A DNA stretch of 64,000 nucleotides from Candidatus Latescibacterota bacterium (GTDB lineage Bacteria > Latescibacterota > UBA2968 > UBA8231). The stretch is from positions 1,568,001 to 1,632,000 of the forward strand of contig OZ241867.1 of assembly GCA_965203175.1 (NCBI GenBank). The letters are read 5' to 3'. The notes beneath the pieces are model-generated. The model searched no databases. It was not told the origin of the DNA and was given only the letters and a program-made list of their open reading frames with translations. A program made the translations under genes and the position numbers. This document shows, one piece after another, positions 19,367-27,400 of this stretch (within the stretch, counting starts at the first letter, position 1; every line of letters starts with the position of its first letter).

Positions 19367-20296
19367 TCACGACCACCTAGATTTCAGGTCCACCTCAATT
19401 TCCTGCCAAGGGACTTGCAGTTTTGCGGCTGCGGCCATTAACGCATACACGACGCCGTTGAACTCTTCTGGAATCCCCGTTTCCTGCGTAAACGCTCTCA
19501 CAAACTCAGCCGATTCCTCGCCGACCTTCTTGCAAATCGCATTGCTGTCAGCAAGGAGCTTTGACGTACTGGAGCCGGTGGGCTTTTGCGCGACTGCGGA
19601 TATTCTCCGGTACTCCTCTTCCCATGGATTGACAATTTCCCGTCCGATCAATGAGATGTCGCTGAATCGGACGACCTCGGCGACCTTGAGTCCGGTCTTG
19701 GACATTGCGCTCTCGGGCGAGCGTTCGCCGCGATACACCACCTCGACACACCAATCGTGCGTACCCTCTGCTACCGTGTTTTCCGTGTCTCCAGCATAAG
19801 CAACGATACTGATCTGCAGCTTGCTGGATTGGAAGCGCTGCGACAGATACTGGCGCGAGGAGAGGTCGTATTTCTTGTTCACGGCAATGGACACCACTGC
19901 GGACGAATCTGGAATCTGTCCTTCGCGATTCAACAGACAAAGGGCCGGCCGATAGAACTGAGCATTTGGATCGAACCAATCGTAGGTATTGAGGACTCCA
20001 AGTGGAGAATCCCCAGCGCCCAGCATGTACTCGTCGAATAGATCGTCTCCCGTGAGTCCGTACGCGACTTCTCCCCGTAGGAGGCAATCGTCAACTCGTT
20101 GGGGCACATCCTCGCCCCGCGCCGAAATTATTTCGAGGGCTCCCACGCTCTCGTCAGTTCGGATAAACTCACCTCCGTCGCTAACGCCAATCTCACTCAG
20201 GAGATTGTTCACGTACTCATGCAAACCACTGTTCTTGGGAATGTAGAGTTTGGCCTTTGGTTCAGGAACGAATAAACCGATTGCTTCGCGAAACAT
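19367..20296 (-). CDS. Divergent ATP phosphoribosyltransferase (HisG-like) fused to a phosphoribosyl-ATP pyrophosphatase (HisE-like) domain
   Basis: N-terminal IPK, RGEDVP, YGLTGDDLFDE, GDTE, VEVV (HisG); C-terminal SSTSKLL...ICKKVGEESAE...EE...VY (HisE). Confidence 0.7.
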   Translation of the reverse strand: MFREAIGLFVPEPKAKLYIPKNSGLHEYVNNLLSEIGVSDGGEFIRTDESVGALEIISARGEDVPQRVDDCLLRGEVAYGLTGDDLFDEYMLGAGDSPLGVLNTYDWFDPNAQFYRPALCLLNREGQIPDSSAVVSIAVNKKYDLSSRQYLSQRFQSSKLQISIVAYAGDTENTVAEGTHDWCVEVVYRGERSPESAMSKTGLKVAEVVRFSDISLIGREIVNPWEEEYRRISAVAQKPTGSSTSKLLADSNAICKKVGEESAEFVRAFTQETGIPEEFNGVVYALMAAAAKLQVPWQEIEVDLKSRWS

Positions 20297-20385
20297 TTGT
20301 TACTCCTTTTGCACACGGTTAGGTCAATATCCGGTCAATCCGACCAACGTGCAATGACAGGTCTCCCTCCGGTCGGATAGAGGAA

Positions 20386-21723
20386 TCAAGGGTTTGGAAT
20401 TCGTCGGATCCACAGGCGAATTTGCGCCGGGGTGGGCCGTCGAACATTTCCAGGGAGCGCATTTATCCGGTCCTCTACTTGCGCGGCAGATGAAGCGGCC
20501 AAATCCGCCAGCGAACGAATGCCGGCTTTGACCAGCAAATTGCCGTATTCCACTCCAATGCCTTGGTGCAGGTACAGTTCGACGAGGCCACGAGTACCTT
20601 GAGTGCGTTCTCGACCCAACGCCCCTTCCATTTGCCGCCAAATTTCCGCCGACTCTCCAGCTTCCAAATCGGTCAGATAGACGATGCCCTCGTCCTGCAA
20701 AAAAGCGCGAGCAGCCGGATCCAGACTGTCCACTTTGGCCAAGCGCGGCTTCACCGAGCCGACGTTCAAGTAGATGTAGTGGTTGACCGTCAGAGCGAAA
20801 GCCGCGGCCAAAAGAACGATGACGAGCGCATTCCAGACCTTGGTTGGCCTTGGGCGCTGGTCCCGGTGCGCTCCCAATGGCGGTGCCAACCTGTACCACA
20901 CTAACAGGCGATAGACTAGAGCGCATTCCACGGCAAAGGGAGGAAAGCCCAAAAAGCCGGCCAGCGGCATTTCAAAAAGTTTAAACTCTTCAAAAAAGGG
21001 TACTGTGTAGATCCACTTAACTTGGGCCCAATAGTTGAAGAATTCCCACAGACCTCCGGCGATAAATCCGGCCAGCAACTGGCGAGTCAGTGGTGTGTAA
21101 TCGCCGCGTGCCAATTGATGCAGCAAGCTGTCGGGCAGGCGGCGATATTCGACAGGAGCTAAGAGCAGGATAAAGGCCAGCCAAGTGAGCGGGAAGAAGA
21201 AGCGCGGCCACACAAGGACCAGCGCTAGCCCGATCAGGCCGGCTATTTGCAGGAGGGGTAGACGACGAGGAGTCAGCGACCAACGACGACCCTGCCAACC
21301 GGCAACCACGCCGCGCAGACCCAAGTAGTATTCCAACCACAGCAGACCGGGGAAAACAGTGGCAAAGGAGAAGACCGCGTTCAGCGTCTGCAAAACAAGG
21401 TGGTCGAGGACGAAGATGTAATACCAGTTTTGCAGACGGAAATTGATCAACTCAAAGGCGTACCACCCCACTGCGGACCAAAAAAGAATCAGCAAAAAAG
21501 CCGGACCGCAGCGGGCGATGAGCGAGCGCCCTTCCCGCCACTGGATGAGTCGGTCTAGAGTCCAGATAATACCGTACCAGGCGAATAGGTAAAACAAGGT
21601 GGTCACAGGTTCCACCCGGCGCAGCATGAGGACAAAGGAAATCCCGATGAACAAGGGGCCTAATAGAAGCAGCAGCGCGGACTGGAAACGGCGCGAATCC
21701 AGCGGCGCGGAACAGGTGGTCAT
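20386..21723 (-). CDS. Multi-pass membrane protein with C-terminal DUF4332/HhH-like domain
   Basis: ATG at 21723 overlaps the upstream stop; many TM helices; WEFFNYWA..KW.Y, FEMPLAGFLGFPPF; GIGVEYGNLL..AGI. Confidence 0.65.
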   Translation of the reverse strand: MTTCSAPLDSRRFQSALLLLLGPLFIGISFVLMLRRVEPVTTLFYLFAWYGIIWTLDRLIQWREGRSLIARCGPAFLLILFWSAVGWYAFELINFRLQNWYYIFVLDHLVLQTLNAVFSFATVFPGLLWLEYYLGLRGVVAGWQGRRWSLTPRRLPLLQIAGLIGLALVLVWPRFFFPLTWLAFILLLAPVEYRRLPDSLLHQLARGDYTPLTRQLLAGFIAGGLWEFFNYWAQVKWIYTVPFFEEFKLFEMPLAGFLGFPPFAVECALVYRLLVWYRLAPPLGAHRDQRPRPTKVWNALVIVLLAAAFALTVNHYIYLNVGSVKPRLAKVDSLDPAARAFLQDEGIVYLTDLEAGESAEIWRQMEGALGRERTQGTRGLVELYLHQGIGVEYGNLLVKAGIRSLADLAASSAAQVEDRINALPGNVRRPTPAQIRLWIRRIPNP

Positions 21724-22631
21724 TGGGAAGAATCGAGTTCCAAAACTGCGGCCAAACTGTCGCCTTGGTGGACGCGGTTGAAGACCCGCAGACACAAGAT
21801 CAAACCCGCTTGGGTCGATGCCACTTCCTCGCGCCGCTGCCCCAGATGATCAACCACTGTGCCGATCACATCGCCCGGTTGCACCGGCGCTTTCAATGTA
21901 ACCCGAGGCTCAAAATAACCGGCAAAGGGCGCTGGGTAATTGACTTGTATGTGACCAGAGTTTTCGCGGTCGTCTTCCACGGTGTACTCGGTGCGCAGGG
22001 GCGGCAGAGCACGGTCGATCATGTCCACTTCGGCCAAGACGTTCAAGCAGCCCTCGAAATAAGCATCCGCGCCCTCGGGATCGCACGTGCCACCCCCCAT
22101 CCACTCGGCGTAGATGGCCGGCACCTTGGCGTCGCGGGCCACTGAGAGCGTGCGTCCGTCGAGGCGAGCCGAAGTGCCCCAGATGATGGGCATATTCAGC
22201 GCTCGGGCCATGCGCCGTTGTACATCGAGGATAGCTTTATCGGGGTGCAGGGCGTATCCCACGGTAGGATAGAATTCCATGACTATCCCGCCGCTGTGCA
22301 GGTCGATGAGATAGTCGGCCCGGCGGATTTCCTCGCTGACGGCGTGGGCCGTGCGCTCGGTGATCGAGCCGTCGGGCCGGCCCGGGCAGGTGCGAGCCAA
22401 GTCCAACTCGTCTTCAGCCGTGCGCTGGCCGCGCCAATAGGCCGCCTCGTTGACTACGGGGATGGCCGTGAGGCGACCCCGCAGGTCCGCTGGATCGAGG
22501 TAGTCCAGCAGGCGGCGAATGGCTGCCATAGACTCGAACTCGTCGCCGTGGACGCCGCCCAGGATCAGCAGGTTGGGACCTTTTTGGGCCCCTTCTATTA
22601 CTTGTTGTTGCAGGGTGATTGTCGGAGTCAT
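21720..22631 (-). CDS. Succinylglutamate desuccinylase/aspartoacylase family (M14-like) protein
   Basis: GGVHGDE, DLAR..PG, IDLHSGG, C-terminal biotinyl-like barrel. Confidence 0.88.
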   Translation of the reverse strand: MTPTITLQQQVIEGAQKGPNLLILGGVHGDEFESMAAIRRLLDYLDPADLRGRLTAIPVVNEAAYWRGQRTAEDELDLARTCPGRPDGSITERTAHAVSEEIRRADYLIDLHSGGIVMEFYPTVGYALHPDKAILDVQRRMARALNMPIIWGTSARLDGRTLSVARDAKVPAIYAEWMGGGTCDPEGADAYFEGCLNVLAEVDMIDRALPPLRTEYTVEDDRENSGHIQVNYPAPFAGYFEPRVTLKAPVQPGDVIGTVVDHLGQRREEVASTQAGLILCLRVFNRVHQGDSLAAVLELDSSQ

Positions 22632-22670
22632 AGATGGGAGACTGCCTTTCGATCCACAGTTGGCTGTCTT

Positions 22671-23627
22671 TCAACTGTCATCGCGATAAGGACCTGTATC
22701 AATGCCGGGTAGGGTATGCTCCAAAAGGTCTAGCGTTTGGCTGGTGAAGTACGGGTGTCCGGGTTCGGGCCAACCGAACAGGCCGCGCACTCTGGGTGTG
22801 GTGGCCGTGAAAAAGGGCAGCATGTGATCGCGTTCGCCGTAGATAAAGGGATTGGCGAACCGGGTCCAGCGATCATTATCGCGGCGACACATGGACAGAG
22901 TCCAAAAGGCGCGCTGCTTGCGCTTATTGGCAAAGGGTTGCGCCGCGTGTACTAGGTAAGACGAGTAGAAGAGAGCCGCCCGCCGCCGACCCGTGGCGGG
23001 GACCGGAGCGGACAGTTCGGTGGCTTGGCGCAGGTCTTTGAAGGATCCACCCGCGGCGTTGTCGTGGTCCAGCGCCCGCACAAAAGCGGGACCAGCTACT
23101 TTGTGCGAGCCGGGAATGACCAGCATGGGGGCACCGTCGTCTTCGACATCGTGCAGGTACACTCCCGAATTGACGTAGTCGAAACGGCCTATTTGGTCGT
23201 GGGGCGGCAGCAGGCAATTGGTGTAGTGGTCGATGTGGTAGCCCTCCCAAGGATTGTCGGGATGGCGCTTGTCAGTAGGCCCCGAGCGCATAAAAAGGTG
23301 GGCATTGCAGTAGCTGGCTTTTGCGTCCAAGCATTGCTCAAAAACGTCGAGATAAGTCTCGTTTTCTATCAGCCGATCCAAAGCCGGCGCGCCCACGGGA
23401 AATTGCGAGCGGCCCTCGGAGTGGTCGTGCGTGGTGGTGAAGCCGTCCGAGACTCCGGAGGCATTGCCGCGGTCGCAAGCGGCCAGCCATTGCTCGAAGG
23501 ATTGACCGTAGAAAATCTGTTCCATCGCCGCTAGAGCGGCATCCATCTCGTCGGCAGTGAATAGGTCGGGGACAATGATGTAGCCGTCGCGGTGGAATTG
23601 GTCGAGCTGGGCTGGCGTTAGGCTCAT
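22671..23627 (-). CDS. PhyH-family dioxygenase
   Basis: QFHRDGY, YHID, IPGSH, LVHA...R. Confidence 0.82.
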   Translation of the reverse strand: MSLTPAQLDQFHRDGYIIVPDLFTADEMDAALAAMEQIFYGQSFEQWLAACDRGNASGVSDGFTTTHDHSEGRSQFPVGAPALDRLIENETYLDVFEQCLDAKASYCNAHLFMRSGPTDKRHPDNPWEGYHIDHYTNCLLPPHDQIGRFDYVNSGVYLHDVEDDGAPMLVIPGSHKVAGPAFVRALDHDNAAGGSFKDLRQATELSAPVPATGRRRAALFYSSYLVHAAQPFANKRKQRAFWTLSMCRRDNDRWTRFANPFIYGERDHMLPFFTATTPRVRGLFGWPEPGHPYFTSQTLDLLEHTLPGIDTGPYRDDS

Positions 23628-23759
23628 GGGGTCTCGATCTAGTAAGGTTGAGGTTGATTTTCAAGCGGTTGGTGGTAAGATACCGCACTCGACTAGCGAG
23701 TCAACTCAAGGAGGAAACCGGCCTTCAATGAGATTTCCGAACTTTTTCTCCTTCGTCTT

Positions 23760-23786
23760 TGAACCTGTACTTTCCGGGCGGCGTCT
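23760..23786 (+). promoter_or_regulatory. Candidate ECF-sigma promoter TGAACC-N16-CGTCT
   Basis: TGAACC at 23760-23765, a 16-nt spacer and CGTCT at 23782-23786, about 20 nt upstream of the sigma ATG; matches the AAC/CGT consensus of many ECF promoters. Confidence 0.6.
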
Positions 23787-23805
23787 TTATTTCCAGAGAG
23801 CCTTG

Positions 23806-24405
23806 ATGCAGATACCGGACCCACAACTCATAGCGCAAATAAAAGAACGCGATGAACGCGCATTCCAGCAGTTCTTTGAGCGCTATCGGGAGCAGATCCA
23901 CGATCACGTGCGCCGCATCGTTCGCGACGATGCGAGTGCCAACGATGTAGTGCAGGAGGTTTTCTTGCGAGTGTGGAACCGGGCCGGCCAATGGAGCGGT
24001 CGAGGGGCTGTAGCTGCTTGGCTGTTTAGCATCGCCACTCATCTCTCCCTGACTCACCTGCGCACCGTGCGAAGGCGGCGGGAACAGCGGCTGGAAATGC
24101 TGTCTGAAACCGTGGAGCAGGAGACGCAGCAAGTGCCCGAATGGATGATTGAGGCGGCGTCCGAGCGCCCCGACGCCCAAGTGGAACGGGCCGACCAGCA
24201 GCGCTGGTTGCGGCGACAAGTACAAGAACTGTCCGAGGACAAGCGCGAGGTTTTCCATCTGATCTACGACGCCCAAGTAGAAGTGCGGGACGCCGCCGAC
24301 CGCTTGGGCATTCCCGAAGGCACCGTAAAGTCGCGGCTGCACCACGGCCGCCGCCAACTCTCACAGGCTTGGCAGGCCATCCATAACCCGGAGGAGCATG
24401 AATGA
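23806..24405 (+). CDS. ECF (sigma-70 group 4) RNA polymerase sigma factor
   Basis: Region 2 (AFQQFFERY, DVVQEVFLRVW, WLFSIA) and region 4 (LGIPEGTVKSRLH); likely ATG at 23806. Confidence 0.92.
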   Translation: MQIPDPQLIAQIKERDERAFQQFFERYREQIHDHVRRIVRDDASANDVVQEVFLRVWNRAGQWSGRGAVAAWLFSIATHLSLTHLRTVRRRREQRLEMLSETVEQETQQVPEWMIEAASERPDAQVERADQQRWLRRQVQELSEDKREVFHLIYDAQVEVRDAADRLGIPEGTVKSRLHHGRRQLSQAWQAIHNPEEHE

Positions 24406-27400
24406 CATTGAATCTCGACGTACCTTGGCATAGGGAGTCCTTTGACCTTTTCGTCCACCAGCGACTGCCCCAGCTTTTGGGCGAGCGCTTGCCGCTGGCC
24501 GATTATCAAGTCGAACAACAGGACTCCTATACTTTTTCCATTAAACTGAGCTTGGGACTCGGCGATGCCCCGGTCGAGGTTGAGTACCGAGATTTGCCTC
24601 GGCCCGACCGCGATGGTCTTTTCCACATTGAAGGCAACTACCGGGTCGTGGTCCCCTATCCCGACCGGCGCGAACTCGCTCAAGCGCGGATTCTGTGCGT
24701 GGGCGAGCAGCTCTACGACTTTATTGACCAAAGATTGGAAGCGGCTCCTGAGCAATTGGCTTGGGATGGCGACTTAGTGCGGAGTTGGCTGCCGCTAGAC
24801 GCTTGGATGCGCGACTTCCACTTGGAGGCAACTTCCCAGTACCTCCAGGCGACCAACTGGCTTGACCGCTATACTCATCTGCGGCGGCTGACTTTGATCC
24901 CCATCGTTGACGAGCCTTTTGTCGACCAAGACGTTTTCCCCGACAGCCAATACGGCCTAGTGTGCCCCCACTGCACTCCCGAGGGACCCAATATCGGCCG
25001 AGTGCTAGAAGTAGCCCGCGGTGCCCGCATCCGCGACGGCAAGCTCGAACGGATCGACGAAGCGCCCGACAGCATCTTGGGTTTTTCGGCCTCCATGGTG
25101 CCCTTTCTCGAACACGACGATACCAATCGCGCTCTGATGGGCATCAATATGATGCGCCAGTGGACGAGCGCCGCCGATACCGCGGCACCGGTCCACGCCA
25201 CGGGTTGGTTCCGCCAGCAGCACGATCAGCGCTTGGCCTCCAAGGGCCACAAACCCGAACCAGCCCTAGTGCAGACGGGATACGAGCCGGAGGCCGCCGA
25301 CTTTTGGGGCGGGTACAATCTGCTGACCGCCTTCGTCATGTGGGATGGGGACACGTTTGAGGATGGCTTAGTCATTAGCGAGTCGGCCGCGGCGCGGATG
25401 GACTTTCCCGCCGCAGTGGGGGTGGGCGACAAACTAAGCAACCGCCACGGTGCCAAAGGAGTGGTGGCGCGCATCCTGCCCGACGCCGACATGCCGCAGT
25501 TGCCCGACGGTACGTCGGTAGAGCTCATTTTGAGTCCGACCAGTATGGTCTCGCGGCTCAACTTCGGCCAGCAGCGCGAGGCGGTCATGGGTCGCATTGC
25601 CCGAGCCGAGGGGACTCCGGCGGTGGTGCCGCCTTTCCAAGCACCCAGCGAAAAAGTGTTGAAAGCGCGTCTGGTTGAGGCGGGACTGCCCGAAGACGGC
25701 ATGGAGCAACTGACCCTCAAAGGCGCAAAGCTGCCCTATCGCAGTACCGTGGGTTGGGTGTACTGGGGTCTTCTGGCGGCCCACACTGCGGCCGAGCACT
25801 TGGAAACCGCGGTGATAGGAGTCGGCGGACCAGCGCTCGACATGATGGCCTACGGAGCTTTGAGCGAGGCCGGGGCCGTAGCCAATATCCACGCTTTGTT
25901 CAACACGGCCGCGGCTGAGCGGCCCGACGCCGATGCGCTAGGCCAGCGTTTGGCTTCTGACCCAATATCCCCGTCTCCGCCTCCGTCTCCACGCTTTGCT
26001 CTATTGCAGCAGTTGTTGGGTATGGCCGGGATACGGGCCGAGTTGGCGGGCGGGGCATTGCGCTTTGCCTTTGCCGAGCCGAAGGGATTGACCTTGGCTC
26101 GCCCCGTGTCGCACCCGTGGGCACCGGGACGCCAAGTAGGGACGGTGGGAGATCCCGGCGCTTTGCCTGCGGGGATCGAGTTCGACCCGATTCGAGGCTG
26201 CTACGAGGATTTGGTCGAAGCTAATACGCGTTTGCAGCGCATCATCGATAGCGAAGCGCCCGAGGCTCTGGTCGGGCCAGCAGTGGCACAGGTGACCCAA
26301 CGGGTGGAGGATTTTTTTATCGCGTTGTTGCGCCCGGAGCACCTCCACTTTCAAGCAAGACCGCTGTTTAGCGGCCGGGCCGCGCTTGTCTCTGGTTTTG
26401 AGTTGGAGCTCGACCAAGTGGGCCTACCCGAGGAGATGGCCTGGAATTTGTTCGGGCCTCAGGTAGAGCGGGAGATAGGTCGCGCCGAGGAAGTGGCGCA
26501 GCGTTCGCCCCGAGCGGCTAAGGTTCTGGACGCGATCATGGAGCGCTCGTGGGTGCTGCTGTACAGCGCCCAGCGGGTGCTAGTTGACGATGGCCCGGCG
26601 TCCACCGCAGTGGTGGCCTTTCGTCCGCAGCGTTTGGCCGGGGCCGCAGTGCGCGTCCATCCGCGCATTTGCCGACTGATGGAGCTAGATTTCGACGGCG
26701 ATCAGATCGAGGTGTTTTTGCCCCTCACTGAGGAAGCCCAGGCCGAAGCCGAAACTGCGCTGTCGGTGGCCGGGCACATACAGCGCGACGCGGATATATG
26801 GCGCTACGTGACCGACAACTACCACGGCATGATATGGGGCTTGGCGCAGCTTTGCCGCACGGAGGAAGGCCGCGCCGAAGTGGAACGGCTGACCGGAGTG
26901 GCCGTGGATGGCAGTCGGCTGTTCGTCAAGCACGACCTCAACCGCTTATTAGCTCAGGTGCTGCAGCGCGAGGGCCTAGAGCGAGCACTGGAGGTACTCG
27001 ACCAGCTAACGCGGCGCGGCTTTGAGGTCTGCAAGCAGTCGGGGGCCTCCTTCAATCCCTTCCTCGGTTCGAGCAAGGAGTGGCCTGAGCAACCCGAGGA
27101 AGCCGATTGGGACGAGTGGCAAATGTACAGCGACGAGTTAGTGGCAGCTTTCTACCAGCAGGCCGATTTCGACGACAACGACTTGGGGCCTTTGGCTCTG
27201 TTGTCGCTGTCGGGGGCGCGGGGCAACCAACAGCAGTTGATCCAATACGTGGGCGGCGGTCTGCTCTATCGGGAAGATGGCAGTCTATTCGCTCAGCGCG
27301 GTTGTTGGCGCGACGGCCTGTCGGTAGAGGAAACCAAGGTGCGGGCCCCGCGTGCCTTATGGTGGGGTCTGGCCGCCGCCAACCAGCGCTGGATTGAGGC

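Noticed and set aside
17055-20296. Integron cassette array
   Set aside because: No recognisable attC repeats between genes and no intI.
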